Positions 1 to 11,970 of a DNA stretch of 64,000 bases are shown piece after piece. The notes beneath the pieces were generated by a model. It was not told the DNA's origin. It worked only from the letters and a program-made list of their open reading frames with translations, and ran no database searches. Source of the DNA: Octopus bimaculoides (lineage: Eukaryota); contig NC_068996.1 of assembly GCF_001194135.2 (NCBI RefSeq), positions 7,261,831-7,325,830 on the forward strand, given 5' to 3'. Every line of letters begins with the position of its first letter. Within the stretch, counting starts at the first letter, position 1. Position numbers and translations under genes: made by a program.

Positions 1-316
1 TGCCAGTACCGCCTGACTGGCTGGCTCCCGTAGGATTTTCGAGCGAGATCGTTGCCAGTGCCCCTGGACTGGCTTGTGCGGGTGGCACATAAAAGACACC
101 ATTTCGAGCGTGGCCGTTTTCGTGCGGGGGACACGTAAAAGCACCCACTACACTCTCTGAGTGGTTGGCGTTAGGAAGGGCATCCAGCTGTAGAAACTCT
201 GCCAAATCAGACTGGAGCCTGGTGTTGCCATCCGGTTTCACCAGTCCTCAGTCAAATCGTCCAACCCATGCTAGCATGGAAAGCGGACGTTAAACGATGA
301 TGATGATGATGATGAT
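1..316 (+). mobile_element. SINE family A 3' part (internal GC-rich repeats, tail ...GCATGGAAAGCGGACGTTAAAC(GAT)n)
   Basis: Same body and tail recur at 1813-1938(-), 14228-14408(-), 51645-51828(+) and 53735-54038(+); ends in (GAT)7. Confidence 0.85.
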
Positions 317-1293
317 TAACTCTGCACAGTGATATATGGTTAACTCATAGATTTAGTATTGTAATGTCTTTTCTACTGCGTAGCTGTAGTAATTACATTG
401 ACAATTGGAATTATGAAAGAGTTGAAAATACATGCTACGAAACAAAGTGTGTATGTACATATGTATTTCTGTGTATGTGTATGTGTATATATATATATAT
501 AAAGTATATACTTGATGCATAGATTTATATATGCATGCATGTGCATATGTATATACATATGTGTATTTCTATATATGTCTATATGTGTGTTTACATATAT
601 ATGTGTATGTATATGTGTTTATATATATGTTTATGTGTGTGTTTACATATATATGTGTGCTTTTATGTGTGTGCGTATGTATAATATATGTATGTAGATA
701 GATAGATATATACTCTTGGCTTGATAGAACACAGAAAATTAACTTCAATAGCAATCTGATTAATTAATAGTTTATGTGGTTAGAACACACTAGAAAAGTG
801 GTTAGCTAATTGAAAAGCAATCATAAAACAATTATTTATGCTGCTTTCTCGTGTTAACTTGCTTTACCTGAACTGTAATGAAAATTAATGTTCTTTTATG
901 AAAGAATATAATTGAAAATGAGCAGTTACTCTGTTTCATTGCCTGTGTCTACATACATACTCTTATGCATGTTCATGTGTGCACAACACTCACACACACA
1001 CACACACATGCATATGTATGTATGTACACATATATAAAACAGATAAATTCAAGTGGCTAAATTTCAGCTGCTTTTAGCTAATTTTTTTATTTTTTTAGCT
1101 AAAGCATCTTTCACATGCTGATATCTCTCTCTGTGAGATGAAAATCTCCAAACTTAACCAGATTGAGAAGCAACCGCCCCCCCCCCACCAAGCTGTTTAT
1201 AATTATCCATTGTACAATTCTAAGTTAGATACACTTTGCTTAAATATGCTTGATTCTGTTGTGTTCTTGTTAGTCTTATAGCCATGTGCTCAT

Positions 1294-1331
<38 letters not shown>

Positions 1332-1353
1332 TCCATTTTGGATCAGTAATATT

Positions 1354-1627
1354 GTTTCTTATTTTTTTATTGCCCACAAGGGGCTACACACAGAGGGGAC
1401 AAACAAGGACAGACAAACGGATTAAGTCAATTATATCAATCCCAGTGTGTAACTGGTACTTATTTAATCGACCCCGAAAGGATGAAAGGCAAAGTTGACC
1501 TCAGCGGAATTTGAACTCAGAACGTAGTGACAGGNNNNNNNNNNTTTGAACTCAGAACGTAGTGACAGGCGAAATAACGCTAAGCATTTCGCCCGGTGTG
1601 TTAACGTTTCTGCCAGCTCGCCGCCTT
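1354..1627 (-). mobile_element. SINE family C1, full length, 20-bp TSD
   Basis: tRNA-like head with B-box GAGTTCAAATTCC and core CCTTTCATCCTTTCGGGGTCGAT; TSD GATCAGTAATATTGTTTCTT at 1341-1360 and 1628-1647; contains a 10-N gap. Confidence 0.9.
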
Positions 1628-1651
1628 GATCAGTAATATTGTTTCTTGCTC

Positions 1652-1702
<51 letters not shown>

Positions 1703-1812
1703 TGTGTGTGTGTATCCACACACTGTGGCTGTGATTGTTTAACCCCAGATCAGCTCCAGTCATATAAATTTATGATCAAAGATATTTCAACCATGACTAT
1801 CCACATTTATAT

Positions 1813-1933
1813 ATCATCATCATCATCATCATCGTTTAACGTCCGCTTTCCATGCTAGCATGGGTTGGACGATTTGACTGAGGACTGGTGAAACCGGATG
1901 GCAACACCAGGCTCCAGTCTGATTTGGCAGAGT

Positions 1934-1938
<5 letters not shown>
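1813..1938 (-). mobile_element. SINE family A 3' fragment
   Basis: Exact reverse complement of 191-316; truncated at (TA)n. Confidence 0.85.
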
Positions 1939-1984
<46 letters not shown>

Positions 1985-2117
1985 ATCAGTAGTTAAAAAG
2001 CTTGCTTTGCAACTACATGGCTTTAGGTTCAGTCCCACTGTGCAGCATCTTTGTCTCAAGCCAATTCCTTGAGAGTTAATTTAATAGATGGAATATGTGA
2101 AAACCTATTGTTTCATG

Positions 2118-2277
2118 GTTATGTGGTAAGAAGCTTGCTTCCCAACCACATGGTTCCAGGTTCAGTTCCACTGTATGGCACCTTAGTCAAGTGTCTTCTT
2201 CTTTAGCCTTGGGTCGACCAAAGCCTTGTAAATTGATTTGGTAGATGGAAACTGAAAGAAGCCTGTCATATATGTAC

Positions 2278-2315
<38 letters not shown>

Positions 2316-2767
2316 CTTTGTGTCTGTATTTGTCCTCCACCACTGCTTAACAACTGGTTTTGATGTGTTTACATCTCTATAACTTAATGATTTGGCAAAA
2401 GAAATCAATAGAATATATATTAGACTTAGAAAAAAAGTACTGGGGTCGATTCATTTGACTAAAAACTCTTCTAGGCAAAGCCCCTGCATGGCTGTGGTCT
2501 AAATACTGAAGCAAGTAAAAGATTAAAAAAAAAAAAAAAGATGTGTGTCTGTGTCTCTTTGTGTTTGTCTCCATCTCACACTACTTGACAGCTAGTGTTG
2601 ATTTGTTTACTTCCTTTAACTTTGTATTTCAGTAAAAGAGACTAATAGAATAAGTTAAAAATATGTACCATGGTCAAATTATTTGACTAAATCCTTCAAT
2701 ACAGTGCACCAGCATGGCCACAGTCCAATGACTGAAACAAGTAAAAGATAGAAGATAAGAAGATAGA
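2118..2767 (+). mobile_element. SINE family B copy plus a second 3' half
   Basis: Head GTGGTAAGAAGCTTGCTTCCCAACCACATGG, motif GGCACCTTRGKCAAGTG, (GT)n linker, tail GACTGAAACAAGTAAAAGA. Confidence 0.8.
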
Positions 2768-2998
2768 AGGCAGCGAGCTGGCAGAAACGTTAGCACGCCG
2801 GGCGAAATGCTTAGCGGTATTTCGTCTACCATTACATGGTTCAAATTCCGCCAAGGTCGACTTTGCTTTTCATCCTTTCGGGGTCGATAAATTAAGTACC
2901 AGTTACGCACTGGGATCGATGTAATTGACTTAATCTCTTTGTCTGTCTTTGTTTGTCCCCTCTATGTTTAGCCCCTTGTGGGCAATAAAGAAATAAGA
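2768..2998 (+). mobile_element. SINE family C1 nested in a family B tail
   Basis: Full head-core-tail, inserted in the AAGATAG repeats of the B tail. Confidence 0.85.
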
Positions 2999-4069
2999 TA
3001 AGAGGTATCTGGCTCCACCTTATCCAGTCCATCCTTAACCTTTAAAGTGGTCTTGTGAAATTTGAGGAAGAATTGGTTTCTATATCTAGCAGATCAAGCA
3101 ACTACTTAGATGTCACCTTGTTGGTCCATATTTGTTTGTTGTGTGTCAGATATATTTGGGGTGGGGTGTGTATATGTGCTTGTTGCCTACATGTCTTTTA
3201 AATGTGCAAGCTGCCTACACAAGCTATAATGTACCTTCCCATTTATTCTCAAATCTTTGCTTAAGACTGCCTCAACGTAGAAGAAATGAATGGGCTGTTT
3301 GATTCAGCATCAAAATTTATTGGATATAGGAAGAAATTCCACATAATGTGCCTTCGTATAGCACGTTATCTGCTAATGGTGCTAGTGTGTGTGTGTGTGT
3401 TTGTGCATGCATGTATATGTTCATAGCAAGATTTGCATTTTGTGTGCATGTGTGTGAAGGTGGGGTGAGATTTGTGTGTGTGATATTCAGAGCTTGTCGC
3501 ATATTGCATGCATGTATGGCAGTGTTTGACACATTCAGAACTAATACTACAAGCAAACATGAACACAACTGTTTCTATGTGTGTGTGTGTGTTTGAGTTT
3601 GTCTCCCTCTCTGTGTGTTTGTGAGACATGCTTAATTCTCACACACGCATGCACAGACATAAATCCAGTATGTGTGTCTGTGTGTGTGCATGTATATGCG
3701 TGTGTCTGTAGCTAATATGAAACTGTTAGCTCTCCTTTAGCAGTATTAAAGAAGAGAATGTTGCATTTCCTTCCATGTGACATCTTTATTGCTTCATTTT
3801 AGAATTCCATCTCTTTGATGTTTCAGGTTCATTTCTTTCATTAGTTCTATCCATGTTAAAGTCTTTTTTTTTTTTTTTTTTTTTTTTTTNNNNNNNNNNN
3901 NNNNNNNNNNAAAAAAAAAAAAAAAGAAAGACTCAAGAAAAAAAACTTAGTCAAGTCTGTGACAACACTGTTTAATGCAGAGAACAAAAAATAAATTAAT
4001 CAATGCTGACTCCCACCCTACCTTCCACTCTTGCAATAAGGTGAGGCAAAACATTAATTCAATATTTAA

Positions 4070-4547
4070 ATTTGTTTAAAGCAGGTAAGTGGTGGTGGTG
4101 GTGGTGGGGGGATAGACAATTTTGAAATCTCAATTAAAACTAGAATTATATAATCAGTGAGGAGAGGGGGGGAAAAAAAAAAAGAAAACCACTAACTCAC
4201 ACACTCAATGTTTAAATCTGATCAAAGTAGGGAGGGGAGACAATTCTGAAATCTCAATTAAAATTAGAACTACACTGGTAGTAAGAATTAAAAAAAAAAA
4301 AAAAAGCAAACAAACATTAACTTGGTCTATAAATCTGATCGAGGTTGAGCGTAGGGTAGGTTAGGATGCTATAATCTGAATTAAAATTAAAACCATGCAT
4401 AGAGTGAAGAGAGGTTAAACGATAACTGGATGTTTAAATCTGATTAAGACAGGGAGGGGAAACAATTCTGAAATCTCATTTAAAATTAGATTGCTTTGAG
4501 GGAAAGAAACTTAAACATTACTAGGATACTTTATTTAAATCTGATAA
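4070..4547. repeat. Degenerate tandem array, ~100-120 bp unit, 4-5 copies
   Basis: AAATCTGAT at 4214, 4331, 4436 and 4537; ACAATTYTGAAATCTCA three times. Confidence 0.65.
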
Positions 4548-4583
4548 GTGGTTAGCAAAATGATATGTTGCACATGTTACCAA

Positions 4584-4823
4584 GTTTCTTATTTTTTTAT
4601 TGCCCACAAGGGGCTACACACAGAGGGGACAAACAAGGACAGACAAACGGATTAAGTCGATTATATCAATCCCAGTGTGTAACTGGTACTTATTTAATCG
4701 ACCCCGAAAGGATGAAAGGCAAAGTTGACCTCAGCGGAATTTGAACTCAGAACGTAGTGACAGGCGAAATAACGCTAAGCATTTCGCCCGGTGTGTTAAC
4801 GTTTCTGCCAGCTCACCGCCTTT
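4584..4823 (-). mobile_element. SINE family C1, full length, 16-bp TSD
   Basis: TSD ATGTTACCAAGTTTCT at 4574-4589 and 4824-4839. Confidence 0.9.
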
Positions 4824-5024
4824 ATGTTACCAAGTTTCTATTTTGCTATCAAGTATGTTAGTATACACTTTACTATTATTTCCGTGCAGAAGGCAACTCT
4901 GGGTCACTTGCACCATCAGTCAGTTTTATAAGATCACTTTCAGTTCATCCACAAAATTTTTCTTTACTTCTCTAGTCATTCCATGATCTTCAATAATAGA
5001 CAAGGCATTATTATGGAGGTTTAA

Positions 5025-5260
5025 CACTTTGCCTAACCAAGGTGTTTTCATTAGTTTGTCCTCAACAACCATGCTTGTTTTTATCAGACTTTTAGTCAGC
5101 CCTTGTTTTGCACATTCCGATTAATATAAAACATTCCTTTCATAAATCTCAAGTTATTCTAGAAGTTGAAAAAAACTGGGAATATGTATTATATATGATG
5201 CATAGCTGCCAAGGAAAAATATCCCATGGATCCCATATGATATATGGGACAGGCAAAGGG
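5025..5260. mobile_element. piggyBac-like MITE
   Basis: TIRs CACTTTGCCT / AGGCAAAGGG flanked by TTAA on both sides (5021-5024, 5261-5264). Confidence 0.7.
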
Positions 5261-5293
5261 TTAAATTAAAACTGGGTTTTATCCATTTTTAAA

Positions 5294-5491
5294 CCCTTTG
5301 CCTATCCAAAGTATTTTTGTAACTTTGTCCCAAAAGTCCATGCTTGTTTTTGGGCTCTTATTTAATGTTTTGACTAATATAAAACATTCATTTTACAAAT
5401 CCCAAGTTATTCTAGTAGTTGAAAAAAAAAAAATGGGAATGTCAGGGAAATATGTCCTGTATATCACGTGATACACAGGGCATGCAAGGGG
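5294..5491. mobile_element. Second piggyBac-like MITE, same family
   Basis: TIRs CCCTTTGCCT / ATGCAAGGGG; interior homologous to 5025-5260; degenerate TTAA flanks. Confidence 0.6.
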
Positions 5492-6057
5492 TTAGACCCA
5501 TTTTTGCTTTCTTCAAGTAGAGTAAAACTTGGATCAAAGACAATCGAACCATTATCATTCCAACTTTTTCTAATGTCTCTGATTAACTGATATTTTTTGT
5601 ATCATTATTTACTTTTATGACATTGTGGTTTGAGAGAGATTTGGTTGTTGTTCTTAGCATGACAACCCCTGAGTTACATTCCACATCTCATGGAACTCCT
5701 AAAAAAAAAAAATGTCTTTGTTAATCTTTTTCTTTCTCTTTCATAAATTTAAAGTGCTATGAGATTAAACAAATCATAAAATCTTTGAATGATTTAGCAG
5801 TGCTAAATCTATCGGACATCACAAAGAAATTTTGTCTTTAACCAAACCTTGCTGATATTAATTTCCCCTGCAATCCCAATTAAGAGGTTGTTTCTCATAC
5901 AGAGCCTCTTAGGGATGCCAATATTTTGAATATTCCAAGCATTTATAAGAAAATTACAAATATAAAATTTATCACAGAAATAACTAAAAAATGCAATTCT
6001 GTATAATTAGACTATCTATCATGTTTTAAGTTTGCAACTTCTTGTAGTACTGTAGGG

Positions 6058-6291
6058 AAGTGGTTTTCAACTATTTTTTACCTGTGGATCCCCATGGTTC
6101 CTGTTTCATTTGGATGAGCTCTCATATTTTATAATTAAATATTATTAGGAATTGTAAATATTGAATTGTTGAAGTACAACCAGTTTTATTGCACATAAAT
6201 ATTTTAATTACGAAGCCTTACATGGACCCTTAAGGGTCATATGGACGCTGGTACCACTAGCATAGGGGAATCCCAGTTTGGAGAACTATAG
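6058..6291. mobile_element. Degenerate hAT-like MITE
   Basis: Left end AAGTGGTTTTCAAC; shares CTTACATGGACCC with the reverse complement of 42560-42900. Confidence 0.5.
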
Positions 6292-6722
6292 CTTAGGAAC
6301 TCCTTCATTGGTTCTTGAATAATTCAGTCTTGTAAAAACTGAAATTACAGGCAAATATAATACTAAACATTATTTGCTCTGTTTAATTTTAATATCATCG
6401 TCTTGAGTTTTGAGTTCGATCCAATGGTATGATGTTACTGTTTTAGCACCTGGGCACTCCCTGATTGAGCAGACAGACACACCATCAAAGGTGTTCCAGC
6501 TTCTTTAGGGATGTTGAGAATTATCTAAAGTGTTCTATACTTTTTTCATTTTTCTTTCAAACACTATGATCAGTTGTACTAGAAGGATCATTTCATAGAC
6601 AAATGCCTTGCATTAATTATTTCAGCTCCTTAGATTCATAGTTGAAATCCTATTAAGGTCATCTTTGCTTTTCATCTCACTTCATAATGCACTAATAAAA
6701 TATTGGGGTTCTTTTCACTCTT

Positions 6723-6880
<158 letters not shown>

Positions 6881-7295
6881 TCCTCTCTTTCCCTGCCTAT
6901 CTCTCACTCACCCTCTCTTTTTAGACAGCGAGATGGGATTTGAGGGTGTGATTTTTGCAAGGTGAGTGCTCATGTTCAGATTTAAGTATAGATATGTGAA
7001 GCAAACTAATGTTTAGAGCTGGGCAAGACAAGATCTGTGAACTGACTGTGAAATATAGGTATGGTAGAGAAAGAATAAAAAGACGAGGAATGAGGCGGAG
7101 GAAAAATCTTGAGATGAGTGAGATCTCTTCAAGCTGGGTCTGCTTCATCAGAGCTGATCTGAGCCTAAATGCCTAGAAAATAATGATCATATCTTTACTA
7201 CATATATTAGCTGACATCTTTAATATTATCTCATTTTATCTTTATCAGCTTTCTCTTGCAGCCTCCCTCCCTGCTCTTTCTCTCACATACCTTAC

Positions 7296-7330
7296 TTATA
7301 TCGCTGTCTTTTATGCAAATTAATAATTTT
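7296..7330 (-). CDS. Possible 35-nt micro-exon (unassigned)
   Basis: Acceptor TTTTTTTTTTCAG, donor TAA|GTAAGG; two of three frames open (KIINLHKRQRY / KLLICIKDSDI). Confidence 0.2.
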
Positions 7331-7577
7331 CTGAAAAAAAAAATGTATTTCCCTGCATTTTTTATGAAAGAAGAAACTCTCTGTGCCTGTGTGTGTATCT
7401 ATTTCTGCTTACATATGCCTAATCCATGTTCTAAAAATAAATGTAAGCACACTAGTTTGAACAGTAACCAAATTATTTCTTAAGTGCTTATCTAATATCA
7501 TAGATAATAGATTCCACTTACCATTCTGCAAATATAGAAAAAAAGTCAATCATACTTTTTCCTTTTCCTTTAAATCC

Positions 7578-7616
<39 letters not shown>

Positions 7617-7830
7617 AAGTGTCGTGATGGCAGAATCATTAGTGTCAATAAAATGCCATGTAATTTTTCTGGCTCTTTATATTCGGAGTTTAATTCTTGC
7701 TGATGTCAACTGTGTCTTTCATCTCGCCAGAGTTGATAAAATAAAGTACCAGTCAAGTACAAGGATTTATGGTATCAATCCCCGCCTCTCTCCTTGAAAT
7801 TGCTGGCCTTATAGCCAAATCAGAAACCAT
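7617..7830 (+). mobile_element. SINE family C2 (C head and core, alternative tail)
   Basis: Follows (TTA)n; core GATAAAATAAAGTACCAG; tail ATTGCTGGCCTT...AAATCAGAAACC. Confidence 0.7.
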
Positions 7831-7849
7831 TATAATTATCATTTTCATA

Positions 7850-8125
7850 TACACACAACAGATCAGACCGTTGGAAAAGAAAAACTGCTAACATCAGGCT
7901 ACAACAAGTAACCTTAGATGCCAAGAACCCTCCTAAGTATCCTAGCTCTCCCTAATAACACTGTTTTCTGCAGCTGTACTAAACTGGGTTTTATGCTTAT
8001 TTCCTCTATCCATCAGTTCAAATCTTTAGGGATAGTTCCTAATGCACCTATAACTACTGGGATACACTTTACCCACACTTTCCATAGTCTCTGTAAGTCA
8101 AAAGCTAGTTTTTGGTTCTTCGCTA

Positions 8126-8129
<4 letters not shown>
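7850..8129 (-). mobile_element. 3' end of an R4/Dong-type non-LTR retrotransposon (RLE region), one in-frame stop
   Basis: 8129-7914 translates KIAKNQKLAFDLQRLWKVWVKCIPVVIGALGTIPKDLN*WIEEISIKPSLVQLQKTVLLGRARILRRVLGI*, matching the R4-clade C-terminal pattern; 5' truncation abuts (AAT)n. Confidence 0.8.
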
Positions 8130-8167
<38 letters not shown>

Positions 8168-8179
8168 CATCATCATCAT

Positions 8180-8902
8180 AATGGTAGAAACCTGGCAGGA
8201 TCATTAGCATGCCAGGCAAAATGCTTAGTGGTATTTCGTCTGTCTTTACGTTCTGAGTTCAAATTCCTCCAAGGTCAGCTTTTCCTTTCATCCTTTCGAG
8301 GTCGATAAATTAAGTACCAGTCAAGTGCTGGGGTTGATGTGATCGATTGACCCCACTTTGTGCCTATAGTAGAAAAGATTATTGTTGTTTTTGTTGTTAA
8401 GCTGGCAGGATTGTTAGCATGCCAGGCAAAATTCCATTGAGGTTGACTTTGCTTTTCATTCTTTTGGAGTTGATAAAATAAGTACCAGTGAAACACTGGG
8501 GTTGATGTAATCAACTAGACCCTTCCCACCAAAATTTCAGGCCTTGTACCTTTAGTAGAAAGGACTATTGTTAATTTTTAAAGATTTCCTTGATATCTGC
8601 TATATTTACACATATTCACCGGGCACTACCCAGATATCTATGGTAGATAAGATATAATGTTCTTAATATATACAATGGTTCAGGTGGCAAACTGACAGAA
8701 TTATTAGCACACCAGGCAAGATGCCTAGCAGCATGTTGTCCTTCTCTATGTTGTGAGTTCAAGTTCTGCCAAGGTTGATTTTTTTTTCTCCTTTCATCCT
8801 TTCAGGATCAATAAAATAAGTACCAGTTGAGCACTTGAGTTGATCTAATCAGCTTGGCCCCCCTCCCTCAAAATGCTGGCCTTGTGCCAAAATTTGAAAC
8901 CA
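8180..8902 (+). mobile_element. Three tandem family C2 SINEs
   Basis: Repeated head (CTGGCAG..TTAGCA) and core (GATAAAATAAGTACCAG) at ~8180, ~8400 and ~8685. Confidence 0.75.
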
Positions 8903-9337
8903 GTATATAGGTTGATTATATGATGTTGAAAAGCAGAAGGACTGGATAAATTCTTTAGAAAAAAGAGCATGTTCACATGAGTGAGCTATGAAAATGCTAT
9001 CAAATTTAAGTTGATAGATCTTTCTGTAAAACATGCTCAGTGTCCATTATCATTCTTTCCTACACTTCTTTTGATCATGGCTTTGCCTGGTTTTCATATC
9101 TATGAATTTCTCTGTTTCTTTCTTTATTGCCCTAAGTTTTTCTATGATAACATGTATTAGTGTGCTTTCTCATTTTCCACATTTTGGTAATCTCTATATC
9201 TAGGTCTTTGTACTTGGGTATTTTTTAAGTTCTTTGACTGCGATATTGTTGTCCATGGAGACAGCCAAAGCAATTAGCAAATAAATTTCATCAATATGAT
9301 TTTTTATTTTTATATCTCTTATATACTGCTGTTGTTG

Positions 9338-9385
<48 letters not shown>

Positions 9386-9391
9386 GTATTA

Positions 9392-9870
9392 AGGTGGCAA
9401 GCTGGCAGAATCGGTAGCATGCCAGATGAAATGCTTAGCGGTATTTTATCTGAGTTCAAATTTTGCCGAGGTCAACTTTACCTTTTTTTCGTCCTTTCGG
9501 GATTGATAAATTAAGTACCAGTTAAGTACTGTAATCGATGTAATCGACTAGTCCTGTCCTCCCAAATTTCAGGCCATGGGCCTATAGTAGAAAGGATTAG
9601 TATAGCTCTGTTGGTAGAGCTTTAGACTTTTAATCTCAAGGTTTTGGATTCATGTCCCTTTGCAGGAAGACTTTCATTTTTGAAGGCAGTGACCTGGCAG
9701 AACCATTAGCATGCCAGAGAAAATGCTTAGTGGTATTTCATCCATCTCCAAGGTTGACTTTGTCTTTCATCCTTTCGGGGTTGATAACAAAAGTACCAGT
9801 GAAGTAGAGAAGTACATGTAATCAGCTAGTCTCCTTCCCTCACAAAATTTCAGGCCTTGTGCCTAAAGCA
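9392..9870 (+). mobile_element. Two family C2 SINEs flanking a tRNA relic
   Basis: Heads at ~9392 and ~9688; core CCTTTCGGGRTTGATAA. Confidence 0.75.
9596..9668 (+). pseudogene. tRNA-Lys(TTT)-like pseudogene or isolated SINE head
   Basis: ATAGCTCTGTTGGTAGAGCTTTAGACTTTTAATCTCAAGG...GATTCATGTCCC aligns with eukaryotic tRNA-Lys(UUU); anticodon TTT at 9629-9631; acceptor stem broken. Confidence 0.65.
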
Positions 9871-10073
9871 TAATTATTAATTTTATTATTATTATTATTG
9901 TTGTTAATATCATAATAAGGTGGAGCAATAGTTTTAATTCTGATTTCCCTACCACTCCACAATTGTATCTATTTTCATTCAGTCTTGTCTTTTCATCATT
10001 GTTTGTTACCTGCCATTCCTATTTTACCAAAGTGGTTGGCTATTAGGTTATCTTTGAGATATCATAATCTTAA

Positions 10074-10248
10074 CCCTTTATTCATAGTGTTTTGAATTAC
10101 GCATTCTCTTAGCATTGAGATTTTGATAGTGGTTGTTCATTTTTGGAATGACATTGTACAAGAGATGTGAAAGGCCAAATCAGGATAGTTTGAACATAAA
10201 ACAGGTAGAATATTTCAGTCAAATACAGCCAATTTAAATGCTAAGGTG
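10074..10248. mobile_element. piggyBac-like MITE (CCCTTTAGCATT family)
   Basis: TTAA flanks at 10070-10073 and 10249-10252; interior shared with copies at 30512, 54072, 60315 and 60913. Confidence 0.6.
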
Positions 10249-10537
10249 TTAACACATTAGTTACCATATTTCTCTTGAAATACACTGTCTTTGTTTCAAT
10301 TAATTTTTAAAAAATAAAGACTATCTTAGTAAAATAATTTTGTCATTATTAATCTGGTGTTTGGAACTTAACACAAAATTTTGTGGCTAGTTTTAACTTA
10401 GATCTCTAAAGAGCTAGGAGTAGTCTCAGGTGGCTTAGTATCAAAATGATTAAAACAGATTCAAATTCATATTTCAACAATTTATTTGCATCATTTTTTC
10501 TCTTTGATTTCCCTCATCTTGCTCTTTATATATATAT

Positions 10538-10685
10538 GAGAATTTACGAAAAATCAACAGATGAAGACAGGTGGTGTAAACAACAAATGGATGTATTAGT
10601 ATAATGCTCGGGAATAGAGAAAGTCTTTAACATTTCGAGCCTATGCTCTTCAACTGAAAGGAACACAGAAAGAAACAAGGAGAAT
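10538..10685 (-). mobile_element. Short HHR-bearing repeat (PLE pseudo-LTR-like), degenerate
   Basis: Homologous to 59125-59296; abuts (TA)n. Confidence 0.6.
10625..10660 (-). ncRNA. Degenerate minimal type I hammerhead motif
   Basis: CTTT CAGTTGA A GAGC-ATAG-GCTC GAAA TGTT AAAG: stems I and II intact, core mutated. Confidence 0.4.
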
Positions 10686-11261
10686 ATATATGGTAGTTGT
10701 TGTTCACTGGAATTACTATACTTTCTTTCTCTCCCTCTCCCTCAAATACACTCTCTTACTCTCTTTCACTCTCACTCCTCTCCTCCTCCTCCTTTTAGCA
10801 TTGACTCATTGTTGATGTGAGTTAATCAGTAATGGCAATGTGGTGGGGAGGCTACTCACACAATATCTCCTTTCCTTCAACCAAACTTAAAACTTGGAAA
10901 TAGGGACCAGCAACCTCTTCTTAGCTAGCATGTTACAAAAAGTGTATTAAAAAATGTTATAGAACATGATGGACATGTCTGGAGCAATGTGTTGTACAGC
11001 ACAGAAAATTTTTTTTAAAATAAAGTAGCTTAATTAAATTTCTTATAAATTCTTGGTGTGAGCTGAAAAAAGTATCATTGAAATGAATACATAGTTAATG
11101 ATGGAAACTGATAATTAAGCTAATGATACTCTGGAAAAGTCAAAACAAGACAAAATAAAACATTAAATTAAAAATTGTCAATGATTATGTTGTTGAAGAT
11201 AATACATGCAGTAATATAACAAGGATGTTTTATTGCTAGAAATGTATTAATTGTAGCTGTG

Positions 11262-11410
11262 TATAGCCTAGTGGTTAGGGTGTTGCAATCACAACCATGT
11301 GGCCGTGGTTTCGATTCCCAGATTGGCAGTGTATTGTGTTCTTGAGCGAAAACACTTCAACTGTAAATGGATAGTCCTGCAATGGACTGGTATTCCAGTC
11401 AGTGGGAATC
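11262..11410 (+). mobile_element. SINE family D 5' fragment
   Basis: A-box TAGCCTAGTGG, B-box GTTTCGATTCC, then GTGTTCTTGAGCGAAAACAC as in 47436-47826. Confidence 0.6.
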
Positions 11411-11599
11411 TTGGGAATCTTCACTCAGAAGATGTCAATCTCTGTAATGCCTCAGCTCAAGGCTATAGAATATGACATTTACTCAAGATGTCACAGAACA
11501 GAATCAAAACCAGGACTTTGTGATTCTGAAGTGAATGTCTTAATCATTCAGCCATAAGGTACTCACTATAAGCATGTATTCATACATTATATATACATA

Positions 11600-11970
11600 G
11601 ATATGTGGTAAGAAGTTTGCTTCATAACCACATGGTTCTGGGTTCAATCCCACTGTGAGTCACCTTAGGCAAGTGTCCCCTACTATTGACAAACCAAAGC
11701 TTTGTGAGTGGGCTTAGTGGATGGAAACTGAAAGAAGCCCATGATGTGTTACTGTTCCCTTGCCTTGACATTGCATGATAGTTGTAAACAAGTCTTTGTT
11801 ATGCAAGCAGTGTCTCTCATTTTAAATCTTCTGTGGAAACCTGTTTGGTCATGGGAAGTGTTACTTTTCTTGGAAACAGTTTGGTGACAGGAAAAGCATT
11901 CAGCCATAGCAGATCTACCTCAAAATTCCATCTGACCCATGCAAGCATGGAAAAGTGGACATTAAAATGA

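Noticed and set aside
1510-1569. 25-bp duplication on either side of a 10-N gap
   Set aside because: Typical overlapping-contig artefact.
7120-7155. CTGATGA-AGC..GCT-TGAAG on the minus strand
   Set aside because: No GAAA core or stem I; overlaps the family F tail.
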